Source: an uncultured delta proteobacterium (GTDB lineage Bacteria > Myxococcota > Kuafuiibacteriia > Kuafuiibacteriales > Kuafuiibacteriaceae). Taken from it: a DNA stretch of 64,000 bases. Location: assembly GCA_963803435.1 (NCBI GenBank), contig CAWDML010000008.1, forward strand, positions 96,001 through 160,000. Direction: 5' to 3'. The notes beneath the pieces are model-generated. The model did no database searches, had not been told where the DNA came from, and saw nothing but the letters and a program-made list of their open reading frames with translations. Positions 1-10,180 of the stretch are shown piece by piece. Every line of letters starts with the position of its first letter. The stretch's first letter is position 1. A program made the position numbers and the translations under genes.

Positions 1-135
1 GCGGCATTCGGATGCCGCGGGTCGTTCGCCGCGGCGGCTCTCCAAGACGATGACGCCCTGCCGGGAGCGCTCCGTCTTCTGACGGACCGACCGAAGCGGC
101 ACCCTGCTTGCACAAGAGACGAAGCGGTCTACGGG

Positions 136-1173
136 TCATCCGTGATGCTCGGGGGGCGAGCTCCCACGTTTGGTCGACCCGCGCCCGATCGACAACAACG
201 ACCGCTGCACTTTCTGGGGTGACGGCAGGCCCGCGCTGAGGAATGCGTGGCAGAAGCTCGTGGGCGACTGGAAGCCCAGCGCGCGCGCGACCTCGTCGGT
301 TCTCGCGCCGGGCCGGCCCATGAAGAAGGCGCCGAGGGCGACGCGCTGTCCCTTGAGGTAGTCGCGCCACGAGCGCACGCACAGGTGAAAGCAGCGGAAG
401 TACCGGTTGGCAAGCCGCAGCGCGTGATACTCACCGACGCCGAGCGCGCGCGAGAGATCGATGCTCATCGGTCGGGTCGAGAGCGGGAAGGCCACGCGCT
501 CGAGGGCGCGGGCGACCGCGTAGTCGTTGACGCTGGCAGAGTGGTGGCCATTCGCCGGAGGCGGCGCGACCGGAAGCCCTTCCGAACGAAGGGCGAGGAG
601 CGCTTCGCGGATGGCTCCGAAAGGACCCGCCCCTTGGTCCTCGGCTGCGAGCGATTCGACCACGCGCCGAAGGCTCGCCCGGGTGAGCGGAGAAAAGGCG
701 AGCTTCACGTCTTGCGGGACCGAAGCGCCGATGGCGCTGTCGCGACGCCATACGATGTGGAGGACGTCCGTGGTCATCGTCAGCGAGCGAACCGGAGCCC
801 GGCCCACCTTCGAGCAGACGATCGCATCCTCGGCTCGGAGATCGACGCTTCGGTCCGGCAGGCACGCGACGCCGGGCCCTTCCAGCAGGTAGCGGACGCC
901 GGCCCAACCGTCGGCTCGCTCGGGCGCCAAGGTCTCGTCGACAATCCCGCCTCGGTGAACCTCCCGGATGACGACGAGGTCCTCGCTGCGAAGCTCGTGC
1001 TGAACCCAAAGGCCGCCGCCGGACGGACCTCGAGCCGTGTAGCGAACGACGATCACCACGTGGATTGGAAGCAACACGCACGCCACACGCCAGCCCATCG
1101 AGAGGGCGCGAGAAAGATCGACCGCCGTTAGCCGACTGACGGGCGCATGGGAGAGAATGCCAAAACAGAGCAA
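136..1173 (-). CDS. AraC-family transcriptional regulator (true start probably downstream of 1173)
   Basis: C-terminal double-HTH pattern: SIDLSRALGVGEYHALRL...TDEVARALGFQSPTSFCHAF. Confidence 0.75.
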   Translation of the reverse strand: MLCFGILSHAPVSRLTAVDLSRALSMGWRVACVLLPIHVVIVVRYTARGPSGGGLWVQHELRSEDLVVIREVHRGGIVDETLAPERADGWAGVRYLLEGPGVACLPDRSVDLRAEDAIVCSKVGRAPVRSLTMTTDVLHIVWRRDSAIGASVPQDVKLAFSPLTRASLRRVVESLAAEDQGAGPFGAIREALLALRSEGLPVAPPPANGHHSASVNDYAVARALERVAFPLSTRPMSIDLSRALGVGEYHALRLANRYFRCFHLCVRSWRDYLKGQRVALGAFFMGRPGARTDEVARALGFQSPTSFCHAFLSAGLPSPQKVQRSLLSIGRGSTKRGSSPPEHHG

Positions 1174-1211
1174 TCGACGACCCTGGGGGCGGCTGCATAC
1201 GGTCTCGAACG

Positions 1212-2378
1212 ATGCGGCTCGAGGAAACCAGGCAAATTCTGAGCGTCCCGCTCGCGCTGTCCGTCGCGGTCGTGGTCGGCCTCGCGGGCGCCGGCTGTGG
1301 ACCGGACTCGAGCGAGGTTGTCCGGCGGAGCACGTCTGGCATCACCGCGGGATACGCCGACGATTCGGATGAGGCCGCGGTCTGGATCGTCGCCAAGGTC
1401 GGCGGCGCTACCGGCTTCTGCTCGGGCGTGGTCGTCTCGCCGCACGTCGTCCTGACCGCAGGGCATTGCTCGTCGATCGAAGCCGCGTACTCGATCTTTC
1501 TCGGCGCGGATTACAACGATCCTGCGACGAAGACGCTACCCGAGAGCTACGTGCCGGTGATCGAGCATCATCCCCACCCGCGCTTCGATGCCAACCTCAA
1601 CGCGAACGATATCGGAGTCCTCGTGACCGAGTCAGCAATCCCGAGAGCGGCGGCTGCGATCAACCGAGCACCTTTGGTCGACGGCGACGTGGGCGTCCTC
1701 GTTCGAATCGTCGGGTACGGGCAGACCGAAGGCGGAATGAACCGCACCTACGGCCGGCGCTACGCAGCAGACACTACGCTCGCTGCGTTCGACATCACCG
1801 GTCTCGCGGTCGATGGACTTCCCAACATTTGTTTCTTCGACTCGGGCGGTCCCACCTTCATGACGCGGGACGGAGCTGAGGTCGTGGTCGGGGTTCACTC
1901 CGTGCTCGAGTCACAAGATTGCGCGAGTCGCGGCTGGGATACGCGCGTGGACGTCTATGCCGAGTTCGTGGATCAGTACATCGACGGCGTCGACCCGATC
2001 GTCGACGCCGGGTCGCCAGAGGAAGAGGACGCTGGCGACGCGGGATCGGCGGAGCCCGGCGAGGCTGACGCAGGATCGCCTGCGCCTGTCGACGCGGGTC
2101 AGGCGCAGGACGCCTCCCGCGCGGACACGAACCCATCGAGTTGTTCCGTCGGTCTCGGTCGACCGGCGTGGTCCTACCCCTTCCTCGTCGCCCTGGTCGC
2201 AGCGATGCGGTGGCTCCGGCGCCGGTCAGGTCGAGCGCGGTCGAGTCGACGTGGCCGTCCGGAGATCGAGGGCCGCCACCACGACCGACTCACCGGCTGC
2301 GAGGTTCGCGATGGCTTGGTCGGCTCTTTCGGCGGCGATGCTTCGCGCTGCAGTCCACCCGGCTCACCCAGGTCCTGA
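1212..2378 (+). CDS. Secreted trypsin-like (S1) serine protease with MYXO-CTERM-like tail
   Basis: Lipobox-like N-terminus (LAGAGC); triad motifs LTAGHC, NDIGVL, DSGGP; acidic DAG-rich linker followed by SCSV-hydrophobic stretch-RRR. The tail after RRR overlaps the convergent gene and may be artefactual. Confidence 0.85.
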   Translation: MRLEETRQILSVPLALSVAVVVGLAGAGCGPDSSEVVRRSTSGITAGYADDSDEAAVWIVAKVGGATGFCSGVVVSPHVVLTAGHCSSIEAAYSIFLGADYNDPATKTLPESYVPVIEHHPHPRFDANLNANDIGVLVTESAIPRAAAAINRAPLVDGDVGVLVRIVGYGQTEGGMNRTYGRRYAADTTLAAFDITGLAVDGLPNICFFDSGGPTFMTRDGAEVVVGVHSVLESQDCASRGWDTRVDVYAEFVDQYIDGVDPIVDAGSPEEEDAGDAGSAEPGEADAGSPAPVDAGQAQDASRADTNPSSCSVGLGRPAWSYPFLVALVAAMRWLRRRSGRARSSRRGRPEIEGRHHDRLTGCEVRDGLVGSFGGDASRCSPPGSPRS

Positions 2379-3102
2379 CCTCGGAGGTGGTGCCCGCGAA
2401 TGCCGAGATCTTCTCCGGCGGCGTCTCGAGGAAGTAGTGGAGGGCGCGCCCAGCGAACACCCGGGTCCGAAACACCTGGTCCTTGTCCAGGTTGGGCAGA
2501 AAGCCGCCCGCCGAGTACGTCAGATAGCGCCAAAGGTAGCACTGACCAGGTTTGCCGACGACGACGAACCGAGTATCGCCGTCCCCGACGATCCCGAGCG
2601 CTTCGTCACCGTCGTAGATCGTTCGGCCGGCGGCGTCGCAGCCCGCGACGAACACCTCCTCGGGCGTCTTGGTGAGGGCCTGATCGCCGACGCGTAGCCG
2701 ACCGGGCTCGCCGTCGACGTAGACCGTGACGGATTGGGGCACACGATCCGTGTCGACCTCGATGTTGGTCAACACGGGCGAGGAGGCGGAGCGCTCGCCC
2801 TGCTCCCGTGCGGGGCCATAGGTGTCCGGGAAGCGAAACGGGATCGCAAGATCGCCGCACGTCCGGTGCATCACGAGCTCCCGCTTCGTCGCAGTGGTCA
2901 TCAACATTCCGGCAGGGATGGTGACCTTGCCCTGACCGTTCGGCGCCAGGGTCCCGACCACTCGATCATCGATTCGAACCTGCGTGTCGGGAGGAACCGC
3001 CCACGGAACCAGGAGCAGGTGCTGGCCGGGGGTGGCCGGCGCCTCCTTCGCGCACGCGGTCATCACGCAGGCCGTGAGCAGGAGCCGGTGCCGGTTCCCC
3101 AT
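2290..3102 (-). CDS. Hypothetical lipoprotein
   Basis: MGNRHRLLLTACVMTAC lipobox-like signal; globular, beta-rich composition. Confidence 0.55.
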   Translation of the reverse strand: MGNRHRLLLTACVMTACAKEAPATPGQHLLLVPWAVPPDTQVRIDDRVVGTLAPNGQGKVTIPAGMLMTTATKRELVMHRTCGDLAIPFRFPDTYGPAREQGERSASSPVLTNIEVDTDRVPQSVTVYVDGEPGRLRVGDQALTKTPEEVFVAGCDAAGRTIYDGDEALGIVGDGDTRFVVVGKPGQCYLWRYLTYSAGGFLPNLDKDQVFRTRVFAGRALHYFLETPPEKISAFAGTTSEVRTWVSRVDCSAKHRRRKSRPSHREPRSR

Positions 3103-3329
3103 GGCCGCCGTATTCTCATCTTCGACACGAGGCGACAATCCGGATGCTCGACGATCGGCTGCCGGGCGAGTGGCTCGCAGTCCGGCGCGGAGTTCCTGTC
3201 ACCCACTGCGACGCTCGCGGGCCACCCGGGCGCTCGGCGTTCGGGAAGTCCGGGCGCACCAAGCTCGATCGCCGACCCGGAAATGTGTGGACTTGGAACG
3301 CTTACACATCGGTCGTAAGCGTCCGGTCC

Positions 3330-3356
3330 CGAACGGACCGGCGCCGGGGCCGATAA
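3330..3356 (+). promoter_or_regulatory. Candidate sigma28 (FliA)-type promoter
   Basis: Perfect GCCGATAA at 3349-3356 with a weak -35 (CGAA) 15 nt upstream; ATG follows 8 nt later. Confidence 0.4.
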
Positions 3357-3364
3357 ACCTCGAG

Positions 3365-4913
3365 ATGACGAGGACGTCCGGGATCTCGACGGGGAAGAAG
3401 ATCATCATTGCGGGCGCGGGCCTGGCCATGCTGGCGCCCAGCGCGGTGGTGACGGCCGGGACGGATTCGCCGCTGCCTCCACCGCAACCGAACGACCACG
3501 GTCACGTGCTCCAGGTCGACGCCCAGACAGAGCGCCGGCTCCAGCTGGAGGCTGCGATGTTGGCGCGGGCGCGTGAGCGATCGATCCGGCACGAGCTGGG
3601 ACCGGGCGTCGTGCGTCTCGATGTCGAGCGGACCGAGCTGGCCGCGCTGAGCCCCGAGGCCAAACACGCGCACGAGATCGTGACGTCGTTGCTCTCGGCG
3701 AACCGCAAGCCGGAGGGCGAGGCGGCCTGGCGCGCGATGGTCCACATCTTCGGGAAGGCGGAGAGCGCCGCCGGGGAGCCACCGATGGTCAACGTCGACG
3801 CGGCGGCCTTGGACCGCGTGGCGGCGCACTTCCGGGAGCTCGGCATCCCGCTCACCGACGCCGGGCTGGCGACCTTTCGCTCCGCGCGGTTGATCACGAC
3901 CAAGCGACGGACGGTCGGCCTCGACACGGCGCTCGCCTACGCGCGCGCCCTCGACGGTAAGGAGATGCTCTATCACCTGTCCGATCGACGGACGCCGGAG
4001 GAGCGCGGCGCGCTGGCGGTGTTCCAGAGCCTCGGCATCCCGGGTTCGCGACACCTGCTCCGGGTGCTCGGCCTCGAGGACGGCACTCAGCCCGATGGCA
4101 GCCTCACCATCACGCAGCGGGAGGTCGGCGCGCTGGTCAGGCACGCCGGACGCCGAAACGTGTCCCTCACGCCGAAGGGGATCACGGCGTTCAGGGCGAC
4201 GCACCAGCTCGGTTCCGGATCCAAGATCAAATCGAAAGACCGCGGACGTGCTCGTCGATCTACTCCCGCCCGTCGGCGGCCGCCCGGCGAGCCGGGCTGG
4301 ACGATATGACTGGTACCGCCGCATCGTGATGACGCAGGGCTTCCGCTGGCAGAGTGGACCGAACCGGATGAACGTGGTCGGCCTGCGCGGCTTCGATCCG
4401 TCCCAAGGGAAGAACAACAACGCGTTCAACAGGTGGAACGATACGATCGCGTTCGTGTGGAAGGACGGCGCGGGCCACGTGCACGTGCACGAGTTCGACG
4501 CGACCACCGACCCGGGCTACAAGTCGTACTACGACACGCCCGACGCGAACGGCGACGGCTCGGGCGACGTGGCGCATCTTCGACCCGGCCAGTACGAGTA
4601 CCGCGAGGGGACGCATCACGGCCTCTACGGCGCCGGGAATCCGACGATCAACGTGCCCGTGGATCGGGACACGAACCACGACGGTCGCATCGAGAACGGC
4701 GAGCGCGCCGCCTCGATCCAGCGCAGCGACGTCGGCTACGGGATCAACATCCACTGGGGTCCCGGCTCCGACATCGGCTCGGTCGGGATCTACTCGCTCG
4801 GCTGCCAGGTGGTGACGCTCTCGTACAACGCGTTCCGCGCGCAGATCTCGCCCCTCCTGGGGATGAACCATGAGGTGCCGTACACGCTGGTGGAGATGTC
4901 TTCGGTCGCGTGA
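3365..4913 (+). CDS. Exported protein with C-terminal L,D-transpeptidase-like (H...SxGC) domain; 1-nt frameshift near 4235-4237
   Basis: Removing one A from tcgaaagacc joins the two ORFs (...KIKSK-TADVLVD...); C-terminal GINIHWGPGSDIGSVGIYSLGCQV motif; hydrophobic N-terminal signal. Confidence 0.6.
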
Positions 4914-4931
4914 GGCGCAACGGCCAGGCCG

Positions 4932-5888
4932 CTACTTCGCTTCCATCAGCGTCTTGAGATCGCGCTCGAGCTGCTCGGCGGTAAACTTGCTGACCTTGAC
5001 CGGCACGTGCGTCGCGGGAGAGGTGGCGTAGTACTCGGCCTTCTTGTCCTCGCCTTTGCGAACCAGCTTGGTGGTGCCGAACGACTTCTCGTTCTCGCCG
5101 TACCAGGTCACCTCTAGGATGGGGACGGCGTCTTCGAGCGCGCCATCGTCAGCGAGGTATTCGACGACCACCAGCTTGTCGAGCTTATCGAGATAGTTCT
5201 CGAGGGTCTCCATCTTGGTATCGGGCGCCGAGGCGTCGGACCAGAAGGCGTCCTTGGCCGAGAGCCGGTTCTTGTGGAGGCCGGTCTTGGTCCCGGCGCT
5301 CGAGCTGATCACGACCTTCTCGATCTCCTCCATCTTCTCGGTCCGCAGCTTTCGCTGCATGAAGCGTCCCTCTGGGAACTCGAGATCCGAGATCGACCGC
5401 GACTCCACCAGGAAGACCTCCGGATCGCCCTGCGGCCTCACGTAGAAGTCGCGTGAGCCGCTGGTGCGGCCGCCGATGTCGAACACCTTCTTCTTGCCGC
5501 TGTAACGGATCTCGAGCCGTCGTTCCGGCTTCTCCAGCGCGGTCTGCTTCAGCTCGTCGGCCGTGAGGTTCTTGCCGAGGCTGCGCTGGGCCTGGAAGGG
5601 CGCCAGCTTGGCCAGGTGCTCGGTGAAGATCTCGTTTCCGGCGAAGCCGCGCTTCTTGCCCTTGCTCTCGATCTCGAACCACGGGTAGTGCGCTCCGGCG
5701 TCGTCCTTGAAGGAGACCGCCACCGTCTGCGTCTTCGCGTACAGCGTGAGACCCTCGACCGCCTCCTTCTTCACGTCGAAGATCGTCACCGCGATCTCCT
5801 TCGTCGGCGTGTCGTCCTTGGTCCAGGAGAGGTACGCGCCGACCAGGAGGGCGGCGAGCAGCGCTCCGTATACCTTGATCTCGTTCAT
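4932..5888 (-). CDS. DUF4340-type periplasmic protein of a Gld-like ABC cluster
   Basis: N-terminal TM (YGALLAALLVGAYL); motifs ALEKPERRLEI and IGGRT..FYVR..EVFLV; typical position after a GldG-like gene. Confidence 0.7.
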   Translation of the reverse strand: MNEIKVYGALLAALLVGAYLSWTKDDTPTKEIAVTIFDVKKEAVEGLTLYAKTQTVAVSFKDDAGAHYPWFEIESKGKKRGFAGNEIFTEHLAKLAPFQAQRSLGKNLTADELKQTALEKPERRLEIRYSGKKKVFDIGGRTSGSRDFYVRPQGDPEVFLVESRSISDLEFPEGRFMQRKLRTEKMEEIEKVVISSSAGTKTGLHKNRLSAKDAFWSDASAPDTKMETLENYLDKLDKLVVVEYLADDGALEDAVPILEVTWYGENEKSFGTTKLVRKGEDKKAEYYATSPATHVPVKVSKFTAEQLERDLKTLMEAK

Positions 5889-7710
5889 GACCGTCGCCTC
5901 CCGCGGATCAGGAAGAATCCCGCGAGCAAAACCAGGAGCGGCACTCCGAAGGTGGTGCCGTAGAAGAGCAGGGCGTCGTCCTCCTTGCGGTGGATGATCT
6001 TCACGTCCTTCTCGGCCACCGTCGGGATCACCGGGTCCTGCGTGAGCTGGAGCCAGTAGACGACGTCGGCCATCAACAGGACGTTCCCCTGGACCAGCCC
6101 GATCGAGATCGTCGGCGACGACGTCGGCGTCGGCGAGGACGAAGACGCGCCCCTCGTCCTCCTTCTTGCCGGTGGTGGAGGTCCGGGTGACCGCCGCCGC
6201 CAGGCCGAAGATGTCCTTCTTTTCGCCCTCGTCGAGCTCCAGGTTGTTGTTGGCGTCGGCGAACGTGTCGGGAACCGTGGTCAGCACCATGTCGGTCTTG
6301 ATCTTGTCGAGCTTCGCCTTCCCGGAGGCCAGCGAGCCTGACTTGTAGAAGACGGTGGCCAGCTTCTCGTTCCGCGTCATCGTGCTGACGGAGGCGTGCG
6401 AGCTGTACTTGTTCGACCAGATGAAGGCGCGGTCCGCCTTGGTCCGGGTGAGCGGTGCGTTCGTGCGCTCGTTGGCGAGCAGCGTCTTGTCGAACGTCAG
6501 GTCGTACGCCGAGAGGAAGTCCTTCATCGGGTCGCCGTCGCGCTCGCCCTCGAGGGTGAGGAACACGCGGCCGCCCTTCTCGACGAACTTGTGGAGCGTC
6601 TCCACCTCACCCTGGAGGAACGGCTTCTCCGGACCCATGATGAACACCACGGAGGCGTCCTTCGGGATCTCGGTGGCCAGGCCTTCGGCGACGCCGAGCG
6701 GCTTCACGGTGAACTGCCAGGCCTCCAGCTGCTGCTTGAGGAGCTTGACGGTGGGACGCTTGTCGTCCTCGTGCGCAGCCCGGTCGGCGCGCTCCTCGTG
6801 GCCCCGGGTGAAGTATGCGACCTTCTTCTCGGTCGTCACCTTGATCAACGACTTGAGGAAGTTCTGGTCGAACCGGCGCAGGTTGCTGCGCGCGGTGCGC
6901 TCGTCGGTACCGATGCGCGTCTTCTCGACCGCCTTCTCGTGCATGATGGCGACGTAGCCGTTCTCGGTGACCTTCGCGTCCTTGGCGGAGATCGCTCGCG
7001 AGCGCCTGGTCGACGGTCTCCACGGTCAGGTTCGAGTTCTCCGCCACCAGCGGATCGAAGTAGCTCTTGAGCGTCTCGGCGACATCGCTGGCCCGCGGGA
7101 AGAACAGCACCACGCGCACCGGTTTGGTGAGGTCGCGGATGGCCCGGTGGGTGACGTCGGAGGCGGTGGCCCGGTTGCCGGCCGAGAGGTCCCACTTCAC
7201 CTCGTGCCGGTTGGCGATGTAGTTCGCCAGGAACACGCACGAGAGCAGGAGCCCGAGGGCCATTCCGGTCTGGAAGGTCCGCCGCACGCGCTGGTGCTCG
7301 TAGCGGCCGATGTACGCCGTCGGGGTGGTGGCGATCTCAATCGCGATCAGCGGCAGGAGCGAGCAGACCAGGAGGATCGGCCACGCCACCCAGAGCATGC
7401 CGCGGATCTTCTCGGAGTCCGGGTTGTCGCCGTGGAAGACGCCGGGGATCAACGCGTAGAGGCCCACGGCGCAGGCGATCGCGACCGTGAGGCTGAAGAT
7501 GAGGATCGCGACCGGGCGCGACTGCTCGGTGGCGCTGGAGAGCTCCTTGGCACGCCACGCGATCGCCGCCAGCAGGGCCGCGGTGGTGATGGCGGCGATG
7601 GAGAGGCGCACCGTCTCGTCGGCCGAGTAGACGCGCTCGCCGACGAACAGGAGGAGCAGCACGGCGCCGACGACCCAGGTGGGCCAGCTCTCGTGGATCC
7701 GTTTGGTCAT
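5885..7710 (-). CDS. GldG-family ABC transporter auxiliary protein (frameshifts near 6987 and 6104)
   Basis: TM-rich N-terminus; KWDLS and YFTRGHEE motifs; IMGPEKPF..EVETL..FVEKGGRV; RVFVLADAD; C-terminal TM followed by RRRS; spread over three frames. Confidence 0.75.
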
Positions 7711-8468
7711 CACAACCTCCACCTGCGGGACTCGAGGACGTTCCGGGCGGCCACCAGGAACACCAGCGAGACCGAGCCGTAGTAGACGAGGTTGGCCAGC
7801 GTGATGGTCCCCTCCATGAACGGGTTGAAGTGTTTGTCGTGGAGGGTCAGGTAGCCGATGATGTCGCCGAGCGCGCCGTCGACGACGCGCGCCAGCGTCC
7901 ACAGCACCAGCATCACCACCGTGATGACCAGGGAGATGATCGCGGCGACCAGCTGCGATCGGACCAGGGCGCTCCCAAACATCCCGATCGCGACCCCGGC
8001 CGACCCGATACAGAGCACGCCCACGTAGCCGGCGAAGATGTGCCCGAACGAGACCGCACCGTTGTAGAAGACCAAGAGCGGCATGTAGACGCTGATCGCG
8101 GTGAAGAGCCCGATCATCACCATCGCGGACACGTACTTGGCGGCGACGATCTGGCCCTCGCGGAGCGACGAGGTGGTCAAGAGCGGAAGCGTCCCGTTTT
8201 GCCGCTCCTCGGCGATGAGCCGCATCGCCAGCAAGACGCCGGTGGCGACCGCGCAGCCGCTGCAGTCGTAGAAGAAGCGACTCAGGACGTCGCTCGAGTA
8301 CTTGGGCGTGCTCCCGACGGCGTCGATGTTGTAGAGCAGCCCGAGAAACAGGAGCAGGGCCGCCAGGATCACGTAGCCGCTCCAGGTAGTCAGGTACTGG
8401 CCGAGCTCGCGGCGGACGACCAGCATCATCAATCGCGCCGCGTTCGGCTTCGTTCGTGCGGGGCTCAT
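7710..8468 (-). CDS. ABC-2 type permease (GldF-like)
   Basis: About six TM segments; AMRLIAEERQNGTLPLLTT motif; start overlaps the ATPase stop. Confidence 0.85.
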   Translation of the reverse strand: MSPARTKPNAARLMMLVVRRELGQYLTTWSGYVILAALLLFLGLLYNIDAVGSTPKYSSDVLSRFFYDCSGCAVATGVLLAMRLIAEERQNGTLPLLTTSSLREGQIVAAKYVSAMVMIGLFTAISVYMPLLVFYNGAVSFGHIFAGYVGVLCIGSAGVAIGMFGSALVRSQLVAAIISLVITVVMLVLWTLARVVDGALGDIIGYLTLHDKHFNPFMEGTITLANLVYYGSVSLVFLVAARNVLESRRWRL

Positions 8469-9403
8469 GCGGCCTCCTTGGTCAGCTCGACGAAGAGCGA
8501 CTCGAGCTTGTTCTGGATCGGCTCCATCCGGCGCAGGCCGAGCCGGGCGCCCACGATCATCGCGGAGAGCTCCTCGGCCATCCGGCCGTCGCTGAGCTCT
8601 GCCTGGACGACGTGGACCTCCCCGTCGCTCGAGCTCTTGGTCCACGAGGCGATCAGGCCGGTGACGCGGCCCTCCTCGAAGGTCTCCTTGAGGAGCTCGA
8701 GCCGGCCCTTGACCTCGACCACGATCGCGATGGACGCGGACTTCGCGATCTCGTTCTCGGTCCCGACGGCCACCATCTCGCCGCCGCGGATCACCATCAG
8801 GCGATCGCAGGTCTGCTTGATCTCGGGGAGGTTGTGGCTGGAAATGAGGACCGTGTGCTTGTCCTTGAGAGAGCGGATCAGCTCCCGCATCTCGATGATC
8901 TGGACCGGATCGAGGCCCCCGGTGGGCTCGTCGAGGATCACCAGGGCGGGCTCGTGGATGACGGCCTGACAGATGCCGATCCGCTGCCGGAAGCCGTGCG
9001 ACAGATTTCCGATCAGATCGTTCCGGCGGTCCTTCGACTGCGTCAACTCGAGGACGTCCTCCACGCGGCCGCCCACCTGGCTGTCCTCGACCCCGCGCAG
9101 CCGGGCGGCGAACTCGAGGTAGCTCTGGACGGTCATGTCGTCGTAGAGCGGGGGGCGCTCCGGCAGGAACCCGATCCTCCAGCGGACGTCGGCGGCATCG
9201 GAGGCCAGCATGTCCTGGCCGTCGATGGTGATCGTCCCCGACGAGGGCGCGAGCAGGCCGGCGAGCATGCGGAGCGTCGTGGTCTTGCCGGCGCCGTTGA
9301 GACCGAGGAAACCCACGATCTCTCGATCCTCGATTGCGAGCGTCAGGCCGCGAACGGCGCATCGGCTCCCGTAGAATTTGGTGAGGGCCTCTGTACGGAT
9401 CAT
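8465..9403 (-). CDS. ABC transporter ATP-binding protein (GldA-like)
   Basis: Walker A GLNGAGKTT, signature LSHGFRQR, Walker B ILDEPT, H-loop SSHNL. Confidence 0.95.
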   Translation of the reverse strand: MIRTEALTKFYGSRCAVRGLTLAIEDREIVGFLGLNGAGKTTTLRMLAGLLAPSSGTITIDGQDMLASDAADVRWRIGFLPERPPLYDDMTVQSYLEFAARLRGVEDSQVGGRVEDVLELTQSKDRRNDLIGNLSHGFRQRIGICQAVIHEPALVILDEPTGGLDPVQIIEMRELIRSLKDKHTVLISSHNLPEIKQTCDRLMVIRGGEMVAVGTENEIAKSASIAIVVEVKGRLELLKETFEEGRVTGLIASWTKSSSDGEVHVVQAELSDGRMAEELSAMIVGARLGLRRMEPIQNKLESLFVELTKEAA

Positions 9404-9524
9404 GGCATTAAGGCGAGCGATTCAACTCCAAACCGGGATGGTGTCAACGGCAAAGTCCCGAAACACGTCGGGATTCTCCCGTGGGCTTGCTCCCGAATGG
9501 AATCTCTGACCGACTGCCTCTCCC

Positions 9525-10178
9525 GTGAGCGAGGATGCCCTTGAGACCGTGGGACCCCGCGCGGTGGCGACGCGTTTCGCACGCTACCAGCGACTCGCGG
9601 TGCGGCAGCGAAAGAAGTGGCTCGAGATCCTCCTGTCGCTCGAGCTGCGCAACACCTACGACGTCTTCGACGAGACCGAGGTCGCGGTCTTCAAGGTCCA
9701 AGAGGTCGGCTCCGGCGTCCTCGGGCTCCTGGGACGCCTGATCCTGGGGACGACGCGTCCGTTTCGCGTCGCCGTCACAGATCTCACCACCGGTGAGATT
9801 GTCCTCCAGCTCGTCCGCCCCTATCGCTTCATCTTCCACGAGCTCGAGGTGCGGGCCTCCAATGGGGAGAAGATCGGGAAGATCCGGCGGCGGTGGAGCT
9901 GGGTCCGGCGCATCTACAGTATCGAGGACGCTCAGGGGAACGAGGTCGCCACCTTGCTCGGCCCGTTCCTCAAGCCGTGGACGTTCGAGATCAAGCAGGG
10001 CGAGAAGACCATCGGCCAGGTCCAGAAGAAGTGGAGCGGCCTCGGCAAGGAGCTCTTCTCGGACGCCGACAACTTCGGGGTCGATCTGGGAAAGATCAAG
10101 GATCCAACCCTGAAGAGCCTCGCGTTCGCGTCGATCGTGCTGATCGACGTGGTCCACTTCGAACGCATGAAGGGTTGA
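9525..10178 (+). CDS. Phospholipid scramblase / LURP-one (tubby-like) family protein
   Basis: GKIRRRWSW...GQVQKKWSGLGKELFSDADNFGVD...LIDVVHFE scramblase-like C-terminus. Confidence 0.8.
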   Translation: MSEDALETVGPRAVATRFARYQRLAVRQRKKWLEILLSLELRNTYDVFDETEVAVFKVQEVGSGVLGLLGRLILGTTRPFRVAVTDLTTGEIVLQLVRPYRFIFHELEVRASNGEKIGKIRRRWSWVRRIYSIEDAQGNEVATLLGPFLKPWTFEIKQGEKTIGQVQKKWSGLGKELFSDADNFGVDLGKIKDPTLKSLAFASIVLIDVVHFERMKG

Positions 10179-10180
10179 GC

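Noticed and set aside
3301-3319. CTTAC-N9-GTAAG inverted repeat as a GacA/UvrY box
   Set aside because: Half-site order and spacing are wrong relative to TGTAAG-N6-CTTACA, and it is far from the GGA-rich RNA
4932-9403. Gld-like ABC cluster as evidence of Bacteroidetes-type gliding or T9SS
   Set aside because: The ATPase-permease-GldG-DUF4340 arrangement is widespread, and no other gld/spr genes are present
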